Source: Candidatus Omnitrophota bacterium
GTDB lineage: Bacteria; Ratteibacteria; UBA8468; MWAK01
Direction: 5' to 3'
Assembly (NCBI GenBank): GCA_043826355.1
Contig: JBDRQI010000002.1
Location: forward strand, 41,223 to 105,222
DNA: 64,000 bases
The notes below the pieces were generated by a model, which saw only the letters and a program-made list of their open reading frames with translations, was not told where the DNA came from and did no database searches. Positions 48,909 through 58,645 of the stretch are shown in pieces (positions within the stretch are counted from its first letter, which is position 1; every line of letters begins with the position of its first letter). The position numbers were made by a program, and so were the translations under genes.

Positions 48909-49907
48909 TCAGCCTCCTGGTAAAGATTTTAGAACATCCCTGTTTAATAGAGCCATATCTCCATACCTCTTTTCAGCAGCGGCTTTGATGTTAACAAGAC
49001 AGGTTAATGCCATATTGCAGCATGCCTCTTTCGTGCTGCTGCTTATATGGGGAGTCATCAAAATATTTTCAAGCTTTCGAAGGTCTTTACCGGGACTTAC
49101 AGGAATGAAAGGTTCGTTTTCAAAAACATCAATTGCGGCACCTGCAATGCGCCCGGCTTTTAATACATCGTAGAGAGCCTCTTCATCAATAACCTGACCG
49201 CGGGAGGTGTTGATAATAACACATTGGGGCTTCAGGGCGGAGAGGAAAGCCCTGTTGACAAAATGGCGTGTAGCGAGAGTACAGGGGATATGTAAGCTGA
49301 TAAAATCGGCTTCGGCCAAAGCATGGTCAAGTTTTTGATGAATTTTACAGACGCCGAAATCCTTTTTAACCCGCGCCGCATCCAGAGAGGCTGTATCGTA
49401 ACCGCTAACGCGCATTGAAAATCCTGCGGACGCGATTCTTGCGACCTTGCAGCCGATAGAGCCGCAACCGATGACCAGTAGCGCCTTACCGTACAATTCC
49501 GAGCCTATGACGGGATTCCACAGTTTTTGTTTCATTTCATAATGGCTGCGGCCGATATTGTGAGCAAAACTTCCCATTAAAAGCACAGCATGTTCGGCAA
49601 CGGAATTATCCAGTACCCCCGGGGTATTGGTTACCAGAATGCCGTTTTTGGTCGATTGGGTTTTGTCTATACCGTCATGGCCGACGCCGAATCTGGCAAT
49701 AACTCCGCCCCTGGGCAAAGATTCATATAGACGGTTACGGTATGCCTCTAAGCCGACAACAGCGGCGAATGCACGGTTTTCGCGAATTGCCTCCGAGAGG
49801 AAAAATTCATCAGGTTCAGCCGGCGTGCATGTGAAATCTTTAAATGCCGCAAATACTTCCCTTGCCTTGTAAAATTCTTTTTCTGTCACGGCTATAATCG
49901 GTTTCAT
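48909..49907 (-). CDS. D-2-hydroxyacid dehydrogenase family protein
   Basis: Motifs RFGVGHD, NTPG, IGCGSIG, INTSRG, DVFENEP and TPHI. Confidence 0.92.
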   Translation of the reverse strand: MKPIIAVTEKEFYKAREVFAAFKDFTCTPAEPDEFFLSEAIRENRAFAAVVGLEAYRNRLYESLPRGGVIARFGVGHDGIDKTQSTKNGILVTNTPGVLDNSVAEHAVLLMGSFAHNIGRSHYEMKQKLWNPVIGSELYGKALLVIGCGSIGCKVARIASAGFSMRVSGYDTASLDAARVKKDFGVCKIHQKLDHALAEADFISLHIPCTLATRHFVNRAFLSALKPQCVIINTSRGQVIDEEALYDVLKAGRIAGAAIDVFENEPFIPVSPGKDLRKLENILMTPHISSSTKEACCNMALTCLVNIKAAAEKRYGDMALLNRDVLKSLPGG

Positions 49908-49933
49908 AAATAAGTTGCCTTTATTCTGCCCTT

Positions 49934-51790
49934 TTAGATTGACCGGAAATTGGCTATTATTTCACCGACCCGCAAAGCACGTCCGTATACCCGCAGAGAG
50001 CTGATTGCCTGCGATAGATTCCATGATGAAGACCCGTTGCAATGGCGCAAATTAGGGCTGAAACGTCCCCACCCGAACTGCCTGTGCTCTCCACCGTCAT
50101 TGAGCACGCCGTCAATTGTAAAGGTTATTATACAAGGCCCGGCATCGACTGTAACGGCGAGACGATGTTTCCGCCCGGATTTGAGGATCCCGGGGTCGCA
50201 ATCCCATCTGTTTTCTGTGCGTCCGTCATTAAGTGAGATTTTCACTGTTCCCTGCAGGGTTGTCACAAGCGTTAACCCCTTTCCGTCTGGGCAGCGTCCG
50301 TCAATCAGTACCTGACCGGGATAAATGTCGTCAAGTTTCAAACACATTTCAATCGTGAATCCCCGTCTCGTATGCCTGGTGCCATAATCGGCGCTCGATG
50401 AATCCATCTCGCAGAAAAGAGGCAAAAGCGGAGCTTTTATCGCAGGAGGAATATATTTCCCATCCGGCAGTTCCAGCAGCAGGCCGTCCCGCACGATTCC
50501 TTTTGCCGTAAACTGGTTCCAAAGGACGTCAAGCAATGCAGGGTCAATTTTATGGACACGCGCCTTGTTTTTCTGGGTCTCTGTCAGGAAAAATTCGCCG
50601 TCTTCCTCCACCATATCGGGATAGCTCATGCGAACATAAGGGTCATCGTCGTATAATACAATTTCCGGTTGCGACCAGAGGATTTCCCTTCCTCCCGGAG
50701 TGTCAATTTCCTCACCACCGCAGAGCCAGACAGGGTTGCGGTCATCGTAGGGATTGCAGTTATCGCTGACAACTGTGTTGTCTTCAGAAGAGCTGTTCCA
50801 CATTTCTCTTATAAAACGGCCGCCGTGGTTGTGAAACCAGTACAGGTATTTTCCGTTGCTGCATTTCCAGACAAAATTTGCGGCACGCGGATGCTTCATC
50901 AATCTACCATCAGCATACCGCTTGTATCTCGGCTCGGTCCATGTGTGGCCGCCGTCCCGGCTATAAGATTCCACCGGATATCCGTCAATGGAACGGTAGA
51001 CGCAGTAAAACGAGCCGTCGCTTAGAACGCAGAAACTCTGCTCCTCGCTCACGGGACCGCCTCCGGGCGGTGTTCTCAGGCCTTGTTCACCGTCAGGCAG
51101 TGTCTCCCAGCGGATTTTTTCAGGCTCATTTTCTGTCAGCAGGTTGTCGCTTTTCAGTAAGGCTCCTTCTGATTGTGCGAAAAAACCTTCCCCCATGCGG
51201 CCAACCTTGTGCAGGGGAACATATGCGGAGCCGGCATGAATGAAAGGTTTGCCGACATTCCAGAAAAAACGCAGTTTGCCTCTATAGATATTCTCCCTGT
51301 CGCAGGCAAACTCACGTACAGGAACAACATACCGTTTTACCGACCAGTTCCGGCCGTGGTCGTCACTATACTTGAATACAAAATAGCCGAGGCAATCCAC
51401 GCGGTCGAAAGCCCCTTTGCCGTCATGACGTTCCACTTTGCGTATATTGTCGGTGTTATGGTTGTAAAAGATGTATATACGTCCGTATGGTCCATTAACG
51501 GATGGTTGTCGCCTGCCCTGCTTTGATGGAAAGGGGATTTTCAACATTACCGCATATGAATTTTCCGGGCTGTCCATTGTTTCCAACGGTACGGGTTCTG
51601 ACCATTTGCATCCTTTATCGGCGCTGCGGAGAGTTATAACATGCTGTCCTTTGTCCCCTTCACTTCCCTTACCCGTTGTGATACAGCATAGCCAGGCATC
51701 GTCATCCGTTGGTACTATATACGGCTGGTCACAGTAACTTTCCGCAGGTATTTCCCTGCCCTGAATAATTTGCCGGTTATCAATACACAC
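49934..51790 (-). CDS. BNR/Asp-box sialidase-like protein with C-terminal LamG-like domain
   Basis: Asp-boxes SADKGCKW, SDDHGRNW and SRDGGHTW; SYPD; C-terminal LRVYGRAL. Confidence 0.75.
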   Translation of the reverse strand: MCIDNRQIIQGREIPAESYCDQPYIVPTDDDAWLCCITTGKGSEGDKGQHVITLRSADKGCKWSEPVPLETMDSPENSYAVMLKIPFPSKQGRRQPSVNGPYGRIYIFYNHNTDNIRKVERHDGKGAFDRVDCLGYFVFKYSDDHGRNWSVKRYVVPVREFACDRENIYRGKLRFFWNVGKPFIHAGSAYVPLHKVGRMGEGFFAQSEGALLKSDNLLTENEPEKIRWETLPDGEQGLRTPPGGGPVSEEQSFCVLSDGSFYCVYRSIDGYPVESYSRDGGHTWTEPRYKRYADGRLMKHPRAANFVWKCSNGKYLYWFHNHGGRFIREMWNSSSEDNTVVSDNCNPYDDRNPVWLCGGEEIDTPGGREILWSQPEIVLYDDDPYVRMSYPDMVEEDGEFFLTETQKNKARVHKIDPALLDVLWNQFTAKGIVRDGLLLELPDGKYIPPAIKAPLLPLFCEMDSSSADYGTRHTRRGFTIEMCLKLDDIYPGQVLIDGRCPDGKGLTLVTTLQGTVKISLNDGRTENRWDCDPGILKSGRKHRLAVTVDAGPCIITFTIDGVLNDGGEHRQFGWGRFSPNLRHCNGSSSWNLSQAISSLRVYGRALRVGEIIANFRSI

Positions 51791-52275
51791 AATAATCCTC
51801 CAATCATTTATTCGGCTTCCTCAATGTATATGAATACGCCTCGTTGCCTCCTCCTTGCTTCTTGCGGAAGACGCTTCGGTCAACAGGGGACGGTTCACCG
51901 ACTCACTGCCCTTGCCAAACGATGCTCTTTACTCATCGCATCGGCAATACTGTCTCGCCCTCAGTGCTATATGCGGTGTTCCTTGCCCGTCGCACCAGCA
52001 CCCTTGCTATATGGCAAACTCAATTCGGTATTACCATAATTTTGATGGCGAATTAGTATTATTCGATATCCCATTTGACTTATAAAAAAAACTGTTTTAA
52101 CTCCAAATTCTGATTTACTCTTCACATATTACTGCTGTATACCACCATGGCGAAGAAAAATCCGCAATTACCTTCAGATTTTTCTCAACCCGCAATCAAA
52201 CCCTCTTTCTACGCTTTGCCCCCAATCCCTTGCTCCGAACGCTCTTGCCCTGTTTCTTTTTTACGGGGTCTCGAT

Positions 52276-52371
52276 TTATCGCTTTTCCTCTGCATCTCTT
52301 TCAAAGTGAGGAGTCACTAATTTGCTTTCTAAGTGCGGGATTGCAGATTTTGTATTATTGTTTTCACCCAT
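52276..52371 (-). CDS. Possible 31-aa small ORF
   Basis: MGENNNTKSAIPHLESKLVTPHFERDAEEKR* with a GAGGAG RBS and an upstream TATAAT. Confidence 0.25.
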   Translation of the reverse strand: MGENNNTKSAIPHLESKLVTPHFERDAEEKR

Positions 52372-52471
52372 TGGGTTGCTCCTCTGCAAGTGCGGTTTTT
52401 CCTGTATTATAGAGGAGAAACGGCCTATTGTCCATATAATTTTCCACCTTTATTTGGAGGATACGGGTTTA

Positions 52472-53299
52472 CTAAACCACAATAACCCCGGCGTAGCCCA
52501 CCACGGAATCCTTATCCCCGCAGGTATCCCCGCTGGTATTATACATCACCAACTCTGCTTTCTGCGCATTGAGTTCCCGGGCCGCCTCGAGCATAATGGC
52601 GGTTGGACCGACCCCGCACATAGAGATATCCCTTTCCGCGGTCCGGCGCAAAAGCAGTTCCGGGTCCAAGGCTAATACTGCTCCCAGCGCATACTTGTCC
52701 TTCTCCCGTGCAACCCGGTCCGGCTCGTAATGGGTCATATCGGAACTGGCGATGACTAGCGTCTCCTTTTTGCTGTTTTTGATAAAGCCAGCCATCTCCT
52801 TTCCCATTTTCAGGAGGTTTGTTTGCTGTAGAGAACCGACCACAATCGGAATAATTTCAAACGGGTTTTGGGCACAAAATTGCAAAAACGGCACCTGCAC
52901 TTCCAGGGAATGTTCAGATTGGTGGGCGCTTTCATCCTCTTTTAAGAGAGAACTCTGCGTCAGAAGATTTTTGGCCAGAGAAGAGATGGGAATTTCGCCC
53001 AAAGGTGTCTGCCAGGCGCCTTCTGCCATCAGGGAGAAGGCCGGACCAAGGCCGGTGTGGTTTGGACCTAAGATTATGACCAGTTCCGGGATGGAGAGCC
53101 GGCTGTAAACTGCGCCGGCCACCACGCCGGAGCAGACGTAACCGGCGTGTGGGACGATGGCGCCGACGGCTGAAATTTTTTCACCCCCCCACCTCGCCTC
53201 CCCCACCATGGGGGAGGAAACAAGCGAAGTTAGCATTTCACGCAGGGCTCTAGCGCTGGACGGATAGAATGTGCCGCTGACCACTGGTTTGCGAAGCAT
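52472..53299 (-). CDS. amrB: AmmeMemoRadiSam system protein B (MEMO1 family)
   Basis: Motifs RKPVVSGTFYP, VPHAGY, GPNH, EHSLEVQ, SSDMTH, MCG and VVGY. Confidence 0.92.
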   Translation of the reverse strand: MLRKPVVSGTFYPSSARALREMLTSLVSSPMVGEARWGGEKISAVGAIVPHAGYVCSGVVAGAVYSRLSIPELVIILGPNHTGLGPAFSLMAEGAWQTPLGEIPISSLAKNLLTQSSLLKEDESAHQSEHSLEVQVPFLQFCAQNPFEIIPIVVGSLQQTNLLKMGKEMAGFIKNSKKETLVIASSDMTHYEPDRVAREKDKYALGAVLALDPELLLRRTAERDISMCGVGPTAIMLEAARELNAQKAELVMYNTSGDTCGDKDSVVGYAGVIVV

Positions 53300-53306
53300 G
53301 ATTATT

Positions 53307-53337
53307 TCCCCTCACCTCTCCCCAACGGGGAGAGGAA
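53307..53337. repeat. CCTCTCCC...GGGAGAGG palindromic repeat
   Basis: cctctcccc-aac-ggggagagg hairpin preceded by ctca. Same family as the in-frame inserts in mnmE and amrB. Confidence 0.75.
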
Positions 53338-53346
53338 TGAATAAAA

Positions 53347-54339
53347 TCAGGCGGTTAGGTTTTCCAGGCCGGTTTTGGTGACCAGGTAGGTGTCCTCCAC
53401 CCTCATTCCGCCCCAGCCCGGTATATAGACCGCCGGCTCCAGCGTTATCACCATTCCCGGCTTTAGAATGTCCCGGCTCCCGGGACTTAAGGTTGGCTCT
53501 TCGTGAACGGAAAGGCCGACGCCGTGCCCGATACTGTGGATAAAGTACTGGTCCAGGGCCTTTTTTTTCAGGATGTTCCGGCCGGCAGCATCCACGTCTT
53601 TAGCCGGTACGCCCGGCCCGGCTTTTTTCTCCGCGGCTTTCTTGGCCGTAGAAAGGATTCGGAGAATTTCCAAAGCCTTCTTATCTTTTTTACCGGGAAA
53701 GAAGACCCGGGTAAGGTCCGAACAGTAGCCGGAATATTTGGCGCCGAAATCCACCACTACCCAACTCTGGCCGGATATTTTGCTTGTTGTTGGAATTGCG
53801 TGCGGAAAGAAGGTGCGCTCTCCGGAAGCCGCGATGACCGGGAAAGCCGGCCCGGCTCCGCCTTCTTCCATGCGTCTTTGCAAGAGAAGCGCTAATTCCT
53901 CCTCTTGTGCGCCGGGTTTCAGCATTTTTTGCGCCTGTCGGAAGGCATTTCCGGTAATCCGGCCGGCTTTGCGGATGAGCGTAATTTCCGCCTCGTCTTT
54001 TACGGACCGTATCTGGAGCGGCAGAAGGTTCGGTTCAAAAAATGTTGCCGGAAAGGTCTCCTTCAGTTTTACAAAATGACCGGTTGACAGTTCCGGTTCC
54101 ATCCCCACTTTTTTCAGACCGGAGATGATTGATTTTTTATCCCACAATTCAACGGATTTTCGCAGGGGTAAATTGCCGGAAAGATAAAACAGGGCTTCCT
54201 GGTAAATCAGGGGGTGGGTAAAAAGAAAGATTTCTTTAGAAGTGACGATGCTGAAAACGTCTTCCAGAAAGAGCCCGGTAAAGTAACCGATGTTTTCAAG
54301 ATTCTGCAGCAGAAAGCCGTCAAACCCTTCGACCGCCAT
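53347..54339 (-). CDS. Xaa-Pro aminopeptidase (M24 family)
   Basis: Motifs PH, VDFGA, SDLTR, HSIGHGVGL.VHE, EPAVY and RVED. The start is uncertain because the resemblance continues to about 54372. Confidence 0.9.
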   Translation of the reverse strand: MAVEGFDGFLLQNLENIGYFTGLFLEDVFSIVTSKEIFLFTHPLIYQEALFYLSGNLPLRKSVELWDKKSIISGLKKVGMEPELSTGHFVKLKETFPATFFEPNLLPLQIRSVKDEAEITLIRKAGRITGNAFRQAQKMLKPGAQEEELALLLQRRMEEGGAGPAFPVIAASGERTFFPHAIPTTSKISGQSWVVVDFGAKYSGYCSDLTRVFFPGKKDKKALEILRILSTAKKAAEKKAGPGVPAKDVDAAGRNILKKKALDQYFIHSIGHGVGLSVHEEPTLSPGSRDILKPGMVITLEPAVYIPGWGGMRVEDTYLVTKTGLENLTA

Positions 54340-54379
54340 CAGATTCCGGAGCCGCCGCTGCCGGCCAAATAAAGTTTTT

Positions 54380-55297
54380 TTAGAGTAGGGCGGCCAGGAG
54401 GGCCTTTTGAAGGTGGAGACGGTTTTCGGCCTGGTCCCAGACGATGGAATTAGGGCCATCAATTACCTCGTCAGTTATCTCTTCTCCGCGGTGGGCAGGC
54501 AGGCAGTGCATCACCATTACCTTGGAGGGAGCGCTCTTCAGGAGGAAGCTGTTCACCTGATAGGGTCGGAATATTTTTTTCTCTTTTTTCGCCCCTTCCT
54601 GGCCCATACTCACCCAGGTATCGGTGTAGATGAAGTCAACGTCTGAAAGGCTGACTTTCGGGTTGCTGGTGATCATTATCCTCTTATGGCCGTTCTTCAA
54701 CTTTGCCAGCACTTCTTTTCGGGGCTGATAACCCTTAGGAGCTATCACCAGCATCTCTACTCCAAGGAGATCTGCCGTTTGCATGAGGGAGTGACAGACG
54801 TTGTTTCCGTCTCCGAAATAGGCCAGTTTTACCCCTTTAAAGCTACCATTTTTCTCCCAGATGGTGTAAAAATCAGCCAGGGCCTGGCAGGGGTGATAGA
54901 GGTCAGTCAATCCGTTGATGATTGGAATGTCGCTGTGTTTTGCCAGTTCCTCGGTCTCCGTTTGCTCAAAAGTGCGAATCATTATTCCGTCCAGATACCG
55001 GGAGAGAGTGCGGCCGGTGTCGGCCATTGTCTCCCCGCGGGAAATCTGGGTGCCTTCTGCGGAAAGATTTATGGCGTGTCCGTCCAGCTGCAGCATCGCC
55101 ACTTCAAACGAGGTGCGGGTCCGGGTGGACGGTTTGACAAAGATCATACCCAGGACCTTTCCCTTTAAGATCGGGACGCGCAACTCTCCGCGGTTATGCC
55201 GGTTCTTGAGGTCCTTAGCCAGCTCAAAAAGATGAAAGACCTCGTCGGCAGTCAGGTCGCTTATCTGCAAAAAGTCTTTCTTTCTCAGTTTAAACAT
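54380..55297 (-). CDS. argF: Ornithine carbamoyltransferase
   Basis: Motifs STRTRTSF, HPCQALAD, DTWVSMG, HCLP and QAENR. Confidence 0.97.
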   Translation of the reverse strand: MFKLRKKDFLQISDLTADEVFHLFELAKDLKNRHNRGELRVPILKGKVLGMIFVKPSTRTRTSFEVAMLQLDGHAINLSAEGTQISRGETMADTGRTLSRYLDGIMIRTFEQTETEELAKHSDIPIINGLTDLYHPCQALADFYTIWEKNGSFKGVKLAYFGDGNNVCHSLMQTADLLGVEMLVIAPKGYQPRKEVLAKLKNGHKRIMITSNPKVSLSDVDFIYTDTWVSMGQEGAKKEKKIFRPYQVNSFLLKSAPSKVMVMHCLPAHRGEEITDEVIDGPNSIVWDQAENRLHLQKALLAALL

Positions 55298-55309
55298 TGT
55301 TTTGGTTTA

Positions 55310-55581
55310 GGGCTTGTTTATGAATAACATTCGCTATTTGGAATCCCGGATTTGAGGTCAGTGCAAGGCGCGACGAAGGCGGTGTGCCCTCTGCGGCACA
55401 TAGCCGAGGAGCAACAACGCAATGACTCAAAGGCGGGATTCCCCGAAGGGCCGGGCCGCTTTTGGACTGCGACTGCGTCGCTCATCGCTTCCGTACCACC
55501 GTGGGTACGCAATCTTCTTCGTTCCTTGTCTCGTTCCAAAATCACCTCCGGCAAATAGTAATGTTATTCATAAACAAGCCC
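55310..55581. mobile_element. MITE, 272 bp, 22-bp perfect TIRs, TTA target duplication
   Basis: tta|gggcttgtttatgaataacatt...aatgttattcataaacaagccc|tta. Internal hairpins and no transposase. Confidence 0.82.
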
Positions 55582-56731
55582 TTAGTATGGAAAGGCCGAG
55601 GTCGGCCTCTTCCCTGGTTAGGGTAAGGGGCGGCATAACCCGTAAAACGTTATGCTGGGTACAGTTGACCAGCAAACCGTTTTTCTGCGCTTCCTCGGTA
55701 ATTTCCGCCCCGGGGATTTTCAACTCGCAGCCGAGCATTAGGCCGATTCCCCGGACTTCTTTTACCAGAGGCGAGATTTTGCGCAGCCGTTCTTGCAGGT
55801 ATGCGCCCATTCTCACCGCGTTTTTCAACAGATTTTCTTTTTTGATTGCTTCCAGCACTGCCAGCGCGGCGGCGCAGACCAGAGGCCCTCCGCCAAAGGT
55901 GGTGGCGTGGGTTCCGGGCGAAAAGATGCCGGCGTATTTTTCGGCTATGATGATGGCTCCGATCGGAACGCCGCCTCCCAGCGTCTTGGCCAGGGTTATG
56001 GCATCCGGCGTCACCCGGTAATGCTGAAAAGCGAATAGTTTTCCGGTGCGGCCCATCCCGGTCTGGACTTCATCAAAGATGAGCAAAACTTTATTTTGGT
56101 TGCAGAGTCGCCGCAGTTCTTCCAGGAAGCCGGGCCGGGCCGGGTTGACTCCACCCTCACCCTGAATCGGTTCAATGACGATGGCCGCAGTCCTCGGACC
56201 CAAAACTTTTTTAACGCCCTCCAGGTCGTTGAACTTCGCTTTGAGGAAACCGGAAGGCAGAGGCGAAAACCCTTTCTGCACTTTGCGCTGGCCGGTCATT
56301 GTCAGGGTGGCCAGGGTCCGTCCGTGAAAAGAGCCGGTAAAGGAAATTATCTGGTAACGGCCGTAAGAGTGGCCGGCGAGCCGGGCCAGTTTGATGGCAG
56401 CTTCGTTCGCTTCCGCTCCGCTGTTGGCGAAGAAACATTTGCCGGGGAAACTTGACCGGACGAGTTCTTCGGCCAGTTGCGCCTGAAGGGGGTGAAAAAA
56501 GTTATTGGAAAAGTGGATGGCCTTTTTTGCCTGTTCCGTAACCGCGTTGACTACCTGCGGATGGCAGTGGCCGATTCCGCTTACCGCCCAGCCGGGGAAG
56601 AAGTCAAGATAGCGCTTGCCGTGGATATCGGTTACCCAGGCGCCCTTACCCTTCACCAGACACAGGTTGGTCCGGCTGTAGGAAGGGACGACGTATTTAT
56701 GATACGCCTGCAAAACCTCTTTTTCCGTCAT
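55568..56731 (-). CDS. argD: Acetylornithine aminotransferase
   Basis: Motifs NSGAEANE, SFHGRT, EPIQGEGG, DEVQTGMGRTG and AKTLGGG. Lies between argB and argF. Confidence 0.94.
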   Translation of the reverse strand: MTEKEVLQAYHKYVVPSYSRTNLCLVKGKGAWVTDIHGKRYLDFFPGWAVSGIGHCHPQVVNAVTEQAKKAIHFSNNFFHPLQAQLAEELVRSSFPGKCFFANSGAEANEAAIKLARLAGHSYGRYQIISFTGSFHGRTLATLTMTGQRKVQKGFSPLPSGFLKAKFNDLEGVKKVLGPRTAAIVIEPIQGEGGVNPARPGFLEELRRLCNQNKVLLIFDEVQTGMGRTGKLFAFQHYRVTPDAITLAKTLGGGVPIGAIIIAEKYAGIFSPGTHATTFGGGPLVCAAALAVLEAIKKENLLKNAVRMGAYLQERLRKISPLVKEVRGIGLMLGCELKIPGAEITEEAQKNGLLVNCTQHNVLRVMPPLTLTREEADLGLSILRACL

Positions 56732-56732
56732 T

Positions 56733-57590
56733 TTACTCCGGAACGATTTCCGTGCCTACGCCCTGGCTGGTAAATATCTCCAGCAGGAGGGTATGGGGTA
56801 TATGTCCGCCGACCAGGTGGACTTTGGCTACGCCGTTTTCCATGGCGAATAGCCCGGCGCGTACCTTGGGCAGCATGCCCGCGGTAATAATTTCTTCTTC
56901 AACCAGCGCTTTTGCCTGGCTGGGCCGCAAAATTGAAATCAGGCTTTCTTCGTTGCTCCGGTCACGCATAATGCCGGCCTGGTCGGTCAGGAATACCAGT
57001 TTTTCAGCCGAGAGACCGACCGCAATTTTACTGGCGGCCGCGTCGGCGTTTATGTTATAGAGCAGGCCGTCGGCGCCGAATGCCAGCGGTATGACCACCG
57101 GAATAATGCCTGTCCGGCAAGTTTCTTCAAAAAAGGAAGTATTTATTTCTTTTATCTCGCCTACCAGTCCGAGGTTTGCCTCGGTCGGGGAGAATTTAAC
57201 GGCGCCTAATGTCCGGTCTTCCGGAAAGACCCCTTTGGCTTTGCCGCCGAGTTCCGTAATCAGATAAATCAATTCCTGGTTGACGGACAGGAGCGTTTCC
57301 TTGATTACCGCTATCGTCTCGGCGTCGGTATAGCGCAAACCCTCCAGAAAACGGGTTTTAATCTCCTTGGTGGCCAGCGCTTCGGAAATCCTGGGTCCGC
57401 CGCCGTGTATCAGGATAACCCTGATTCCCACCGCGGACATAAAAACAATATCCTCCAGGATGCTGCGCGCCAGCCGCGGTTCGCGCATGACCGAACCGCC
57501 GTACTTGACCACCACAAACTTATCTTTGAAGTTGAGGATGTACGGCATCGCCTCAATCAACGTCTGTGCTTTCTTTGTTGCCTCTTCCAT
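56733..57590 (-). CDS. argB: Acetylglutamate kinase
   Basis: Motifs VVKYGGS, HGGGP, GLRYTD, NINAD and GMLPK. Confidence 0.97.
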   Translation of the reverse strand: MEEATKKAQTLIEAMPYILNFKDKFVVVKYGGSVMREPRLARSILEDIVFMSAVGIRVILIHGGGPRISEALATKEIKTRFLEGLRYTDAETIAVIKETLLSVNQELIYLITELGGKAKGVFPEDRTLGAVKFSPTEANLGLVGEIKEINTSFFEETCRTGIIPVVIPLAFGADGLLYNINADAAASKIAVGLSAEKLVFLTDQAGIMRDRSNEESLISILRPSQAKALVEEEIITAGMLPKVRAGLFAMENGVAKVHLVGGHIPHTLLLEIFTSQGVGTEIVPE

Positions 57591-57616
57591 AGGTTGAATT
57601 CCCCTTTTTTCTTTGT

Positions 57617-57688
57617 TGTCATTCTGAGTAAAACGAAGAATCTCGTTGTTAAATGCGAGATCCTTCGCAACTGCGTCTCAGGATGACA
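57617..57688. repeat. TGTCATTCTGAG-family palindromic element
   Basis: tgtcattctgag..cgaagaatctcg....cgagatccttcg..ctcaggatgaca. Confidence 0.85.
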
Positions 57689-57695
57689 CAGAATG

Positions 57696-58472
57696 TTACT
57701 GTGCGTAGCGCACGATTGATTTTAACAGGCGCAGCCCATCCGTTGATTTTCCTTCCCGCCGCGTCCAGGCCGGATGACAGTAAGGATACAGGAATCGTTC
57801 CGGATGCGGCATCATTCCCAGGATGTTGCCTCTCTCGTTTGTTACCGCCGCAACCGCTTCCGCAGAACCGTTAGGGTTTTCCGGGTAATCAAGGGCCGCG
57901 CTTCCGTCGGGCCCGGCATATTGCAAAACAACCTGTCCGTTTTTCTGCAGCGTTTCAAGGTCTTCTTTTTTTCCGGTCAGGAATTTTCCTTCGCCGTGTG
58001 CCACCGGCAGGGTTATCGTTTCTCCGGACAGACCGGAAAGCAGCGGAGATTTTCCGGTACAGCGCAGGTATATCCACCGGTCTTCAAAGCAACCGGAATC
58101 GTTAAAAGTCAAAGTGGCGCAAACAGTATTACCCCTTCGCGAAAAAGGCAGCAGGCCGGTCTTAACCAGAACCTGGAACCCGTTGCAGATTCCGATGATG
58201 GGCCGGCCGCTCTCCGCAAAGGAGAAGACCTGGTCCTGCAGTTTGAACCTCAGTTCGTTTGCCAGCACCTTCCCGGCGGAAAGGTCGTCTCCGTATGAAA
58301 ACCCGCCCGGGATAACCAGAATGCCGTAATCGGAAAGAGAAACGGAACCATCCAGGAGACGGCTGATGTGAACCCGTTCCGGCGCGGCGCCGGCCAGCGC
58401 AAAACCGTGTTCGGTCTCCCGGTCGCAGTTGGTGCCGGCGGTGCGCAGTATTAAAACCTTCACTTTTCCCAT
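57696..58472 (-). CDS. purQ: Phosphoribosylformylglycinamidine synthase I
   Basis: Motifs GTNCD, PGGFSYGD, GICNGFQ, VAHGEG, NPNGS and MPHPER. Confidence 0.97.
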   Translation of the reverse strand: MGKVKVLILRTAGTNCDRETEHGFALAGAAPERVHISRLLDGSVSLSDYGILVIPGGFSYGDDLSAGKVLANELRFKLQDQVFSFAESGRPIIGICNGFQVLVKTGLLPFSRRGNTVCATLTFNDSGCFEDRWIYLRCTGKSPLLSGLSGETITLPVAHGEGKFLTGKKEDLETLQKNGQVVLQYAGPDGSAALDYPENPNGSAEAVAAVTNERGNILGMMPHPERFLYPYCHPAWTRREGKSTDGLRLLKSIVRYAQ

Positions 58473-58645
58473 CTCTTATTTTATTTAAGTTTTATAAACA
58501 AATTATTATACCACTAAAACCGGATTGACGGAAGCGTTAAACGGGTGTGTATTAAAGGTAGGTTATGCAGAAAAGATTTTCCGGTAAGGTTTAAAGTTAT
58601 CTCTCCGTTCTTTAAGTTTTAGCCGGCATGAAATTTTTTACTTAC

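Noticed and set aside
55410..55440. CAAUGA/CAAAGG words inside the MITE resembling ANTAR loops
   Set aside because: They lack proper closing stems, lie antisense to the arg operon and have no linked terminator.
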